Notes under the pieces: generated by a model | Told to the model about the DNA's origin: nothing | Seen by the model: only the letters and a program-made list of their open reading frames with translations | The model's database searches: none | Made by a program: the position numbers and the translations under genes | Part shown: one piece after another, positions 19,507 through 29,217 of the stretch | Layout of the letters: every line of letters begins with the position of its first letter | How positions within the stretch are numbered: the first letter of the stretch is position 1 | From: Candidatus Saccharimonadota bacterium | Lineage (GTDB): Bacteria > Pseudomonadota > Gammaproteobacteria > Enterobacterales > Enterobacteriaceae | Length of the DNA: 32,000 nucleotides | NCBI RefSeq assembly: GCF_000973505.1 | Contig: NZ_CP010048.1 | Span: 270,001 to 302,000 of the forward strand | Direction: 5' to 3'

Positions 19507-20605
19507 ATGTTGGAAATTAATATATTAAAAAATAGTATTAGTAATATGTTGATGAGAATGATTAACATTAAGGAGTATTTTTGATTATGATGTTAAAAAG
19601 GAGTCTTTGAAAGAGGGAATATATAAATTGAAATCTCCCGATATGTGGAATCAACATAAAAAAGTAAAAATTTTGAGTAAAGAGGTTGTTTGTTTGGATA
19701 AAGATTTAAAGGCGATTGATAATATTGTTCAAGATTTGCAAGAATTAAATGATTTTTTAGATTTATTCGAATGTGAGTTAATTGATCAAACGGATGTTCA
19801 GGTTTTTAAAGAGGATTTAGATAATATAGAGCATAAAATTGCTCAATTAGAATTACAACAAATGTTATCTGATAAATATGATGTTAATTGTTATATAGAT
19901 ATTCAATCTGGTTCAGGTGGGGTGGATGCCCAGGATTGGGTAAGTATTTTATTGCGAATGTATTTACGATGGATAGAATTTAAAGGATTGAATGGTAAGA
20001 TTATTTCAGAATCGTTAGGAGATGTAGCTGGTTTGAAATCAGTAACATGTAATATTAGTGGCAGATATGCGTATGCCTGGTTGCGTACGGAAACAGGTAT
20101 ACATCGTCTGGTTAGAAAAAGCCCATTTAATTCTGCAGGACGTCGTCATACTTCGTTTGCTTCAGTGTTTGTATATCCAGAATGTGTAGAGAATATTAAT
20201 GTTCAGATTAATACATCTGAACTTCGATTTGATGTATATCGTGCTTCTGGTGCGGGTGGGCAACATGTAAATCGTACAGAATCCGCGGTTCGGGTTACTC
20301 ATTTACCAACTAATATTGTTACACAATGTCAAAATGATCGTTCGCAACATAAAAATAAAGAACAGGCTATAAAACAATTAAAAGCAAAATTATATAACCT
20401 TGAGTTACAAAAAAAAAGAACAGAAAAGGATATTATAGAAAAAAGTAAATTAGATATTACTTGGGGCAATCAAATTCGTTCTTATATTTTAGATGATTCT
20501 AGAGTAAAAGATTTGCGTACTGGGTATGAAACGCACAATGTTCGTTCAATATTGGATGGAAATTTAGATCAGTTTATTGAAGCAAGTCTTAAAGCTGGAT
20601 TATAA
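19507..20605 (+). CDS. prfB: peptide chain release factor 2, requires programmed +1 ribosomal frameshift (frame 0: 19507..19581; skip T at 19582; +1 frame: 19583..20605)
   Basis: Frame 0 from the ATG at 19507 gives 25 codons, [25 protein letters not shown], then TGA. The +1 frame continues [12 protein letters not shown].... E. coli RF2 reads [36 protein letters not shown], with its shift at the same codon. Downstream, SPF motif context ([15 protein letters not shown]) and [13 protein letters not shown] (GGQ) are conserved. The ORF track only reports 19607..20605. Confidence 0.93.
19570..19585 (+). promoter_or_regulatory. prfB +1 frameshift cassette: internal SD-like AAGGAG, UAU, slippery UUU, in-frame UGA, U
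   Basis: The sequence AAGGAG TAT TTT TGA T has the same architecture and spacing as E. coli AGGGGG UAU CUU UGA C. The UGA is codon 26, exactly as in E. coli. Confidence 0.85.
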
Positions 20606-20624
20606 GTGTTCATGGAGATTTTTT

Positions 20625-22178
20625 ATGTCTACAATGTATATGCAAAATGATTCGTTTTCATTAGATACTACAGAGAATATTTGTAGTAAGGAATTTTATA
20701 TGCGTCGTGAGAAGTTGTCGAAATTACGGTGTAATGGGGTGGCATTTCCAAATGATTTTCGTCGTAATGTGGTTTCTGATTGTTTACATAAAAGATATGG
20801 TAATAAAAGTAATGAAGAATTATATTTATTAAACATTGATGTGAAAATTGCTGGTCGTATGATGAGTCGTCGCATTATGGGAAAGGTTTCATTTGCAACT
20901 ATTCAGGATATGGGAGGCATGATACAACTGTATATTGCTTATGATTCTTTACCGGTAGGTTTATATAATGACCATTTTAAAAAATGGGATATAGGAGATA
21001 TTTTGGGAGTACGGGGAACGTTATTTAAAACAAAGACTGGTGAGTTATCAGTATATTGTAAAGAGATTTATTTATTAACTAAATCTTTACATCCATTACC
21101 TGATAAATATCATAAGTTAGTTGATCAGGAAATTCGTTATAGAAAAAGGTATTTGGATTTGATTATTAATCATAAAGTACGGAATATTTTTAAGATACGA
21201 TCTCTTATTATATTTGAGATACGAAAATTTATGTTAAGACATGGTTTCCTTGAGGTAGAAACACCGATGATGCAACCTATAGCAGGTGGTGCATGTGCTC
21301 GTCCATTTGTCACTCGGCATAATACATTAAATATTGATATGTATTTACGAATTTCTCCTGAATTATATTTGAAAAGATTGGTTGTAGGTGGTTTTGAAAA
21401 AATTTTTGAAATTAATCGTAATTTTCGTAATGAAGGGATATCTTCATTACATAATCCTGAATTTACCATGATGGAAATTTATGTTGCATATGTGGATTAT
21501 CGTGATTTAATTGTATTATTAGAACGTTTATTGCGTACATTAGCAAAGCGTATTTTAGGAAGTTATGTAGTGAAATATGGCAATTATATGCTTAATTTTA
21601 GTCAACCATTTTTGCAAATGACTATGCATGAATCAATTTTTTATTATTATCCGCATCTTCAATTAGAAGATATAAATAATGTAAAAAATTTGATTGCTTT
21701 TGCATTGTCTTTTGGAATAAAAATAGATAACACCTGGAAGTTGGGTAAAATACAAACCGTGATTTTTGAAAAACTGGTAGTGAATCATTTAATACAGCCA
21801 ACGGTTATTACAAGTTATCCTACAGAAGTGTCTCCGTTAGCTCGTGCTAGAGATGATAATTCTTTTTTTAGTGATCGTTTTGAAGTTTTTGTTGCTGGTC
21901 GTGAAATTGCTAATGGTTTTTCAGAATTAAATGATTCGGAAGAACAGAAAGCAAGATTTTTAGAGCAATTACAAGATAATGATAATGACAATAATGGTGG
22001 CAACATGGATAATAATATGGTGAATTATGATAAAGATTACTTAACGGCGTTAGAATATGGATTGCCGCCAACAGCTGGAATGGGTATAGGTATTGATCGC
22101 GTAATTATGTTATTAACTAATCAGCATACTATTCGTAATGTCATTTTATTTCCTACTTTGCGTCCGAAGAATAAATAA
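20625..22178 (+). CDS. lysS: lysyl-tRNA synthetase (class II)
   Basis: The ORF starts at 20577, overlapping the prfB end. The ATG at 20625 has GGAG 8 nt upstream and fits the E. coli LysS length. [38 protein letters not shown] and [14 protein letters not shown] are conserved. The prfB-lysS operon order matches E. coli. Confidence 0.96.
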   Translation: MSTMYMQNDSFSLDTTENICSKEFYMRREKLSKLRCNGVAFPNDFRRNVVSDCLHKRYGNKSNEELYLLNIDVKIAGRMMSRRIMGKVSFATIQDMGGMIQLYIAYDSLPVGLYNDHFKKWDIGDILGVRGTLFKTKTGELSVYCKEIYLLTKSLHPLPDKYHKLVDQEIRYRKRYLDLIINHKVRNIFKIRSLIIFEIRKFMLRHGFLEVETPMMQPIAGGACARPFVTRHNTLNIDMYLRISPELYLKRLVVGGFEKIFEINRNFRNEGISSLHNPEFTMMEIYVAYVDYRDLIVLLERLLRTLAKRILGSYVVKYGNYMLNFSQPFLQMTMHESIFYYYPHLQLEDINNVKNLIAFALSFGIKIDNTWKLGKIQTVIFEKLVVNHLIQPTVITSYPTEVSPLARARDDNSFFSDRFEVFVAGREIANGFSELNDSEEQKARFLEQLQDNDNDNNGGNMDNNMVNYDKDYLTALEYGLPPTAGMGIGIDRVIMLLTNQHTIRNVILFPTLRPKNK

Positions 22179-22599
22179 TTTTATGTATTAAAATAAATAA
22201 AATGATATATAATATATTTTTATATGAAATTTATAATTTTTTTAATTATCTGTTGTATATGTATGATTTATTTATTAATTTTATTAATTAACGAATAATA
22301 GGATATAAATTATAAGAGTATTATTATATATAGATTGTGTTTTGCAATGGCTGTAATATTAATTGAATGGTGATTTGATATATTTGTTGATCTTTGTTAG
22401 TAATGTGTTATTGATATAAGATCAATAGATCTTTTGTGTTTTATTGTCAATAAATATAGTTTACAATGAAAATTTTTGCTGTGTAATCATATGATATAAC
22501 AAAAAATTTAATACATCAAAAAAAATGTTCGTTGATTAAAATTGTTGTCATTTTATGGATTATATTATTTTATGTTTATTTGTAAGGTGGATATACAAT

Positions 22600-23889
22600 A
22601 TGCCTCGTGATATTTATGATGTTATAAGTAATGCTAATCATTTAAATATTGAAAATTTGCAATTTTTATATAAAAAATATAATGGACCAGTTTGGGTTTA
22701 TGATGCTTCAATCATTATTAATCAAATTAATCGTCTTCGTCAGTTCGATACAATTCGGTTTGCACAAAAAGCTTGTTCTAATATTCATATTTTACGTTTA
22801 ATAGGTTCACATGGGGTAAAAGTAGATGCAGTATCTTTAGGAGAAATTGAACGTGCATTATTATCTGGTTTTCAATATGGAGAAAATAGTGATGAAATAA
22901 TTTTTAGTTCTGACTTATTGGAAGAACCTGTGTTGAAAAGAATATTAAACTTAAATATTTTAGTAAATATTGGCTCAATAGATATGTTGCATCAGCTTGG
23001 TATTTGTTCTTATGGACATAGAGTGTGGTTGCGAATTAATCCTGGATTCGGATCTGGTCATAGTAAAAAAACTAACACTGGAGGGGAAAACAGTAAACAT
23101 GGTATTTGGTACAAAGATATACCGTTGGCATTATCATATGTTCATCGTTATGGATTAAGATTACTTGGATTTCATATTCATATTGGTTCTGGGGTAGATT
23201 ATAATATTTTATCGAAAGTTTGTGATGTAATGGTAGATCAGGTTTGTTCTTCCAGAGAGGATTTGATAGTTATTTCTGCTGGAGGAGGATTGTCAATTCC
23301 GTATTATGTTGATAATATTAATATGTTAAATATTGATCATTATTTTAATTTGTGGAATTCCGCGAGAAATCGGATTAGTGATTATTTGGGTCATACAGTT
23401 CGGTTAGAGATAGAACCGGGTAGATTTTTAGTAGCAGAATCTGGAATGTTAATTTCGCAGGTAAGAGCAGTGAAAGATGCAGGAGCTCGGCATTTTGTTT
23501 TGGTGGATGTAGGGTTTAATGATTTAGTTCGGCCTGTAATGTATGGTAGTTATCATCATGTTTCTTTAATACCGGCGGAAAAACATAGAAATATTTTTCT
23601 TGAGCCTGTGTTTGATACTATAATAGGAGGTCCAATTTGTGAGTCTGGTGATGTATTTACTCAAACTGAAGATGGTGATTTAGAACCCCGTAGTTTGCCG
23701 TATGCTAAAGTTGGTGATTATTTAGTATTTCATGATACTGGTGCTTATGGTTCTTCTATGTCTTCTAATTATAATAGTAGGCCTTTTTTACCTGAAGTGT
23801 TATTTAAAGATGGAAATATGTATCAAATTCGTCGAAAACAAACTTTAAAAGAACTACTTTCATTAGAAATGTGTGATTTATATTTATAA
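22600..23889 (+). CDS. lysA: diaminopimelate decarboxylase
   Basis: The ORF starts at 22555. The ATG at 22600 follows AAGGTGGA and gives a protein matching E. coli LysA in length. PVWVYDA, RFAQKACSNIHILRL (PLP Lys), NTGGENSKHGIW, EPGRFLVA, CESGDVF and HDTGAYG.SMSSNYNSRP are conserved. Confidence 0.95.
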   Translation: MPRDIYDVISNANHLNIENLQFLYKKYNGPVWVYDASIIINQINRLRQFDTIRFAQKACSNIHILRLIGSHGVKVDAVSLGEIERALLSGFQYGENSDEIIFSSDLLEEPVLKRILNLNILVNIGSIDMLHQLGICSYGHRVWLRINPGFGSGHSKKTNTGGENSKHGIWYKDIPLALSYVHRYGLRLLGFHIHIGSGVDYNILSKVCDVMVDQVCSSREDLIVISAGGGLSIPYYVDNINMLNIDHYFNLWNSARNRISDYLGHTVRLEIEPGRFLVAESGMLISQVRAVKDAGARHFVLVDVGFNDLVRPVMYGSYHHVSLIPAEKHRNIFLEPVFDTIIGGPICESGDVFTQTEDGDLEPRSLPYAKVGDYLVFHDTGAYGSSMSSNYNSRPFLPEVLFKDGNMYQIRRKQTLKELLSLEMCDLYL

Positions 23890-23980
23890 AGAGTATAAAA
23901 TACTAGATTATTAAAATAAAGTATTTTAATATATAATTATGTTTAACAAAAATTTTTTTTATTGTTTTAAAAATTCTTGG

Positions 23981-24007
23981 AATTATTGATTTTAAATTAT
24001 TGATTTT
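23981..24007. repeat. tandem micro-duplication: 13-nt AATTATTGATTTT x2, period 14
   Basis: Copies at 23981-23993 and 23995-24007 are identical and separated by one A. The repeat is in the lysA-lgt spacer. Confidence 0.9.
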
Positions 24008-24327
24008 TATTAATATATATATTTGTAATGATATTATTTTTTTTATTTATAGTTATAGGTTAAATTAATACATTATTTATAAATATGTGATTGATTATAT
24101 CAGTAGAATGTTTTATTGTAGTTTCGAAAAATAAATTTTATATTATAAATAATTTTAGAAAATATTTTAAAATATAGTTTATTAGTTTATGTGTATAATA
24201 CTAACTAGGTGTATATAATAGTATTCATTGGGACTATGAAATTATATTTTCGATCATATTTTACTGTACTTACTAAATGTAAGTATAAAATATTTGTTTT
24301 AAAAAATTAAGTAATGAATGATGATCT

Positions 24328-25212
24328 ATGTCTATAATATTAGTTAATTATTTAGTGTTTCCTTATATAAACCCAATAATATTTTCATGGGGACCGATTT
24401 CTTTACATTGGTATGGTGCGATGTATTTTTTTAGTTTTTTGTTTGGTATCTTGGTTTTGTCAAATCGGGCTAATTTTATTGAAAATTGTTGGATAAAGAA
24501 AGAAATAGAAAACTTATTATATATTAGTTTTTTTGCTTTATTAATAGGTGGTAGAATTGGTTATGTAATATTCTATCAACCTGAAATGTTTTATCGAAAT
24601 GTATTGTGTATATTTAAAATATGGGAAGGAGGGATGTCATTTCATGGGGGATTAATAGGTGTTATTGTTGTGTGGATATTATTTTCTTATTATAAAAATT
24701 TTCCCTTTTTTAAAATTTCAGATTTTATTGTACCTATTGTGCCATTTGGTTTGGCTGCTGGTCGTTTGGGGAATTTTATTAACGGAGAATTATATGGTCG
24801 AGTAAATATTGATATTCCATGGGCTATGTTATTTCCCAATACTCAAAGGCAAGATATATTAGATATATTAAAACATTCTGAATGGGAAGTAATATTTGAC
24901 ATTTATGGTGCGCTGCCTCGTCATCCATCTCAACTATATGAAATGTTATTAGAAGGTGTATTGTTGTTTATTATTATTAATTATTGGTTAATTCGCACAT
25001 CTCCTCCTATTGGGAGTATTTCTGGATTATTTTTATTTCTTTATGGTGTTTTTCGTATTTTTGTTGAATGTTTCCGAGAACCAGATTTACATATTGGTTT
25101 ATTTATGGGTTATATAAGTATGGGGCAAATTTTATCAATACCCATGGTTATAGCAGGGATTATAATTCTTTGTGTTTCTTATGGTATTTTTTGTAAAAAA
25201 GATTTTAATTAA
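24328..25212 (+). CDS. lgt: phosphatidylglycerol-prolipoprotein diacylglyceryl transferase
   Basis: GPISLHWYG, GGRIGYV.FY, WEGGMSFHGGLIGVIVV, GRLGNFINGEL, LPRHPSQLYE.LLEG and ISMGQILSIPM match E. coli Lgt throughout. Confidence 0.95.
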   Translation: MSIILVNYLVFPYINPIIFSWGPISLHWYGAMYFFSFLFGILVLSNRANFIENCWIKKEIENLLYISFFALLIGGRIGYVIFYQPEMFYRNVLCIFKIWEGGMSFHGGLIGVIVVWILFSYYKNFPFFKISDFIVPIVPFGLAAGRLGNFINGELYGRVNIDIPWAMLFPNTQRQDILDILKHSEWEVIFDIYGALPRHPSQLYEMLLEGVLLFIIINYWLIRTSPPIGSISGLFLFLYGVFRIFVECFREPDLHIGLFMGYISMGQILSIPMVIAGIIILCVSYGIFCKKDFN

Positions 25213-25478
25213 TATTTTATGGTAATTTATTCTAAATTAGTTACTAAAAAAGTTATATTAATGTGTTGTAAATATTTATTTGATTTATTCATTAAACGGA
25301 TGTTGCTGGTGTATTATAAGTGTTAATTAGAATTAATTTGGTATTATTAATTAATGTTAATGTTTAGTGTATTTAATATATAACTATGTATTAGTGATGA
25401 AAATCAATTTTCGAAATTGTAAATATAAATAGTTTTTTTTATTTTTGTTATTATATTTTTTAACAGAAAAATATTTTT

Positions 25479-28400
25479 ATGATAACGATTTATTATTCTA
25501 ATAAATTAGAATCTTTAAAAGATGAATTAATTCAATTAATTTCCAGTAATAGATTAAGTGATCCATTATTTTCTGAAGTGATATTAGTAGAAAATCCTAC
25601 TATGATGGAATGGTTGCATATAGAATTAGCAAAATTTTTTGGTATTTCTGCTAATATTAATTTTTTTTCTTCTTTTAATTTTATATGGAGTATGCTTAAT
25701 AAGTCATTATGGGATATTTTTCCTGCAAGTATGCTCACACCTTCAATTATGTCTTGGGTATTTATGAAGATATTATCTGAGATTAATTGTAATCAATATT
25801 TAATTGCTGATTGGTCTTGTATTCAACATTATTTATATAATGATGTTGATCATCGAAAATGTTTAGAATTATCTGAAAAAATCACATATTTGTTTATTAA
25901 ATATCTTGTGTATCGACAAGATTGGTTAGTTCAATGGCAAAAAAAATATAATGAATCTGATATATATATTTCATCATGGCAAGTTGAATTATGGTGTTTA
26001 TTTTTAAAAGAAATTAATAATAATAAATTTTTATTTTGCCATTTACAAGATAATGTATATGAATATATATCCTGTAAGTTGAAAAGAAATTATGTTAATT
26101 TGACTAAATTGCCGAAGCGTATATTGGTTTATGGTATTTCGTGGTTTTCTCCAATTTTGTTGGAAATATTACAAGCTTTAGGATGCTATATTAATATATA
26201 TATATATTGTATTAATCCTTGTCGTTTTTTTCTTCTAAAAAATTTAAATTACAATTTCATAAATAATATTTCACAAGAAAATCCAAAATTTTTTCGGGAT
26301 AATTTTTTAAACAGCTCTTGGTTAAATATCTTTAGTACTCAGAATATATTTTTGAACAACAAAAAGAAATGTAATTCTATTAATAATTCTTTACTATCTA
26401 CATGGAGCCAATTTTTTCAAAAAAATCACTATTCATTATTATCTTGTTCAACAAATATTCATGAAAGATCATGTTTTTTTGAAAATACAGGAAATTGTTT
26501 ATTACACTTTTTACAAAATGATATATTAAATAATTATTCGCAGACCTTGAATATGTCAATTAACACTTCGTTTAGTAGTATAAATGATAAATTCAAAAAT
26601 ATTCCAAAAAACCGTTTATTGCATGCTAATGATTGTTCATTGTCAGTGCATGTATGTCATAACATGCAACGTGAAATAGAAGTATTGCATAATAATTTAT
26701 TGGGTATGATGTCAGATGATCACTTATTATTACCGCGCGATATAATTGTTATGGCTCCGAAAATTGATTCTTATGTGTCTGTGATTCAATCTGTGTTTGG
26801 TCATGCCTCTTTTTATGGAAGGCATTTACCTTTTATAATTCTAGATTCTTCTAGTAATATAGGTTTAATTTCTTCCATTTTTCTCAAGTTACTTAATTTA
26901 CCTAATATGCGTTGTACTATTGAAGAAATTTTTGGATTTTTAGAAGTTGAAGCTTTATCTAGATGTTTTGATATTGATAAAGATAGTGTTAAAATACTAA
27001 ATACATGGATACCAGAATCTGGTATTCGATGGAGTTTAGATGATGATATGTTTTCTAAACATATCATGGGTACAGCAGTTAATGTTCAACATACATGGAA
27101 ATTTGGTTTAAGTAGAATTTTATTAAGTTATGCTATAGATAACGCATCTGGCCCCTGGTGTGGCATTTTATCGAGTGCTTTAGGTGCTGATAATATGGAT
27201 TTTATTGATCTTATTGCTAAATTAGATAGATTTATTGAAAAAATAAAAATTTGGAGGGATCGATTATCAATAGTGTATATATTAAAAGACTGGTTGTTTG
27301 TAGCTGAAGAGATGATTAGTGATTTTTTTGTTAGTGATTTTAATTTGGAAACGGAGTTTGATCTAAAATCTTTAAAGAACGCTTGGAGGAAAATCATAAC
27401 ATCAGGCATACAAGCTAATTATTACAAATCAGTGTCTGTAGATATGTTATATAGAAAATTGTCTGATGTATTGCATAAAAAAACAATTAATCGAAAAGTA
27501 TTTTCCGAAAAAATCGTGTTTTGTGATTTATCTTCAATGCGTTCTATTCCTTATAAAGTAATTTATTTATTAGGGATGAATGCGGATGTTTATCCAAGAT
27601 TTGATGCATCGTTAAGTTTTGATTTAACGGTGAAAAACATTTGTGATTTAGATTGTGATATGTGGTGTAATGATTGTTATTTGTTATTAGAAACATTATT
27701 AGCCGCAAGGAAGAGTTTTAATATTAGTTTTATTGGATATTCTATGCATAATGATACAAAATATGGACCTTCAGTATTAATTAATGAATTATTTGAATAT
27801 GTATTTCGTAATTTCTATTGTTTTAATCAAGATACAAAGAACATATCATTATTAACAATGGAATGGATATATGATACTTTTTGGCGGTGGCATAGTCGAA
27901 CACCTTTTGCATTGGAAAATTTTATTCCGGACACACAGAATCAAAGTTTTTTCAAAGAATGGTTACCAATTATCAATGATAATATTAATTGGTCTAAATC
28001 AGTATTTTTGTGTGATCTGTCGTCATTATCTAATGATAATATATCGTTAAGTATTTTATATGATTTTTATAATCATCCAGTTCGTATGTGGTTTCAACAT
28101 CGATTAAAGATTTATATTCCAAAATTTACAGAAATTCCAATTGATGAACCATTTTTTATAGATATTCATCTTAAATATCAAATATGCCGTAGTTTAATAT
28201 GGGCTTTTTTAAATAATGAGGATATTGACGATTTATATAGCCGGATTCGTATTTCAAGTATATTACCTTATGGAAATTTTGGGGATGTATTTTGGTTGCA
28301 ACAATGTCAAAAAATGATGAAATTATCGCAAGTAATAAAGGGATACTATATACCAAATAACAGGCGCGATTTACCAATTTCTTTGAGTTTTAAAAATTTT

Positions 28401-28931
28401 CGTTTAAATGGAATTTTATCCGCAGTACAAGAAAATGGATTATTACGTTGGCAACCCAGAATTTTATCTATGCGAGATGGTTTATTATTTTGGTTAGAGC
28501 ATTTAGTATATTGTGCAACAGGAGGTCAGGGAAATAGTTATATGTTTGGAGTGAAAAGTTGTTGGCATTTCCGTGCATTGTCAAGTGCAGAAGCAAAAGA
28601 GTATTTATTATTTTTAATATCTGGTTATTTGCAGGGAATGAATATTCCTTTATTATTGTTTAATTATGTTGGTGGTTGTTGGTTACGGCATTGTTTTGAT
28701 TCCAAAACCCGGGATATTTCTTTGGATTTAAGTCGACAATATGAGGCACGTTGCAAACTTATTGAATCATGGGAAAATAATCAATATATTTATGGAGAAA
28801 ATAGTGATCCATATATAAAAAAATTAGTAACTCAATTAAATGATGATGATGTTGAATCTATTATTTTAGCGGCAAAAAATTATTTTTTATTACCTATGAA
28901 ATTTAACATTTCAGATGTATTATATTCATGA
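25479..28931 (+). CDS. recC: exodeoxyribonuclease V gamma subunit
   Basis: The 1150 aa product is colinear with E. coli RecC (1122 aa). Matches include the N-terminus (IYYSNKLE vs VYHSNRLD), VHVCHNMQREIEVLHN (HVCHSPQREVEVLHD), PRDIIVMAP.IDSY, ESGIRW, QHTWKFGLSRILL, LLGMN..VYPR, HPVRMWFQHRL, LLRWQPR and WLEHLVYCA.GG. N-rich low-complexity expansions occur around residues 250-380. Confidence 0.92.
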   Translation: MITIYYSNKLESLKDELIQLISSNRLSDPLFSEVILVENPTMMEWLHIELAKFFGISANINFFSSFNFIWSMLNKSLWDIFPASMLTPSIMSWVFMKILSEINCNQYLIADWSCIQHYLYNDVDHRKCLELSEKITYLFIKYLVYRQDWLVQWQKKYNESDIYISSWQVELWCLFLKEINNNKFLFCHLQDNVYEYISCKLKRNYVNLTKLPKRILVYGISWFSPILLEILQALGCYINIYIYCINPCRFFLLKNLNYNFINNISQENPKFFRDNFLNSSWLNIFSTQNIFLNNKKKCNSINNSLLSTWSQFFQKNHYSLLSCSTNIHERSCFFENTGNCLLHFLQNDILNNYSQTLNMSINTSFSSINDKFKNIPKNRLLHANDCSLSVHVCHNMQREIEVLHNNLLGMMSDDHLLLPRDIIVMAPKIDSYVSVIQSVFGHASFYGRHLPFIILDSSSNIGLISSIFLKLLNLPNMRCTIEEIFGFLEVEALSRCFDIDKDSVKILNTWIPESGIRWSLDDDMFSKHIMGTAVNVQHTWKFGLSRILLSYAIDNASGPWCGILSSALGADNMDFIDLIAKLDRFIEKIKIWRDRLSIVYILKDWLFVAEEMISDFFVSDFNLETEFDLKSLKNAWRKIITSGIQANYYKSVSVDMLYRKLSDVLHKKTINRKVFSEKIVFCDLSSMRSIPYKVIYLLGMNADVYPRFDASLSFDLTVKNICDLDCDMWCNDCYLLLETLLAARKSFNISFIGYSMHNDTKYGPSVLINELFEYVFRNFYCFNQDTKNISLLTMEWIYDTFWRWHSRTPFALENFIPDTQNQSFFKEWLPIINDNINWSKSVFLCDLSSLSNDNISLSILYDFYNHPVRMWFQHRLKIYIPKFTEIPIDEPFFIDIHLKYQICRSLIWAFLNNEDIDDLYSRIRISSILPYGNFGDVFWLQQCQKMMKLSQVIKGYYIPNNRRDLPISLSFKNFRLNGILSAVQENGLLRWQPRILSMRDGLLFWLEHLVYCATGGQGNSYMFGVKSCWHFRALSSAEAKEYLLFLISGYLQGMNIPLLLFNYVGGCWLRHCFDSKTRDISLDLSRQYEARCKLIESWENNQYIYGENSDPYIKKLVTQLNDDDVESIILAAKNYFLLPMKFNISDVLYS

Positions 28932-29190
28932 TATTATTAATTAACATATAATATTAATTGTAACATATTTTGATATATTAATTTTGAATTGATGTATATT
29001 TGTTTTAAAATATTTGTAAGTTATTCACAACACAACTTCAGTCGTATAAGCAGTATCTTTTGTGTGTATTGAGTCATAACATAATAGTTGATAATTATTA
29101 AATATGTTGAGTGTATTTTTTGTAAAAATATTTATTAAAAGTGTACATTTTGTTATGTGATTTTAAATCTGACAATCATTATTTTTAAAG

Positions 29191-29217
29191 TTGAATATCG
29201 TTAATATGCCCCCATAT
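29191..29217 (+). promoter_or_regulatory. sigma-32 (RpoH) heat-shock promoter of lon: -35 TTGAA(T), 14-nt spacer, -10 CCCCATAT
   Basis: The sequence is gTTGAAtatcgttaatatgcCCCCATATat. It matches the sigma-32 consensus CTTGAAA-N13/14-CCCCATnT. It also matches the E. coli lon heat-shock promoter as I recall it (GTTGAATgtgggggaaacatCCCCATATA), with identical spacing. The C5 run is conspicuous in an AT-rich spacer. It lies about 83 nt upstream of the lon start. Confidence 0.7.

Noticed and set aside
19599-19610. A second AGGAG-T-CTT-TGA motif 25 nt downstream of the prfB shift site, which looks like the canonical CUU_UGA frameshift cassette.
   Set aside because: CTT TGA here lies in the third frame. 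That frame is neither the initiating frame nor the RF2 body frame. A +1 shift from it runs into TAA within 6 codons. It simply encodes K-E-S-L-K in the RF2 frame.
25532-28377. Short minus-strand ORFs inside recC (25532-25738, 26813-27067, 27128-27409, 28171-28377).
   Set aside because: They are nested antisense within a conserved gene, have low-complexity composition and no recognisable homology or ribosome-binding site. This is the expected by-product of AT-rich sequence.
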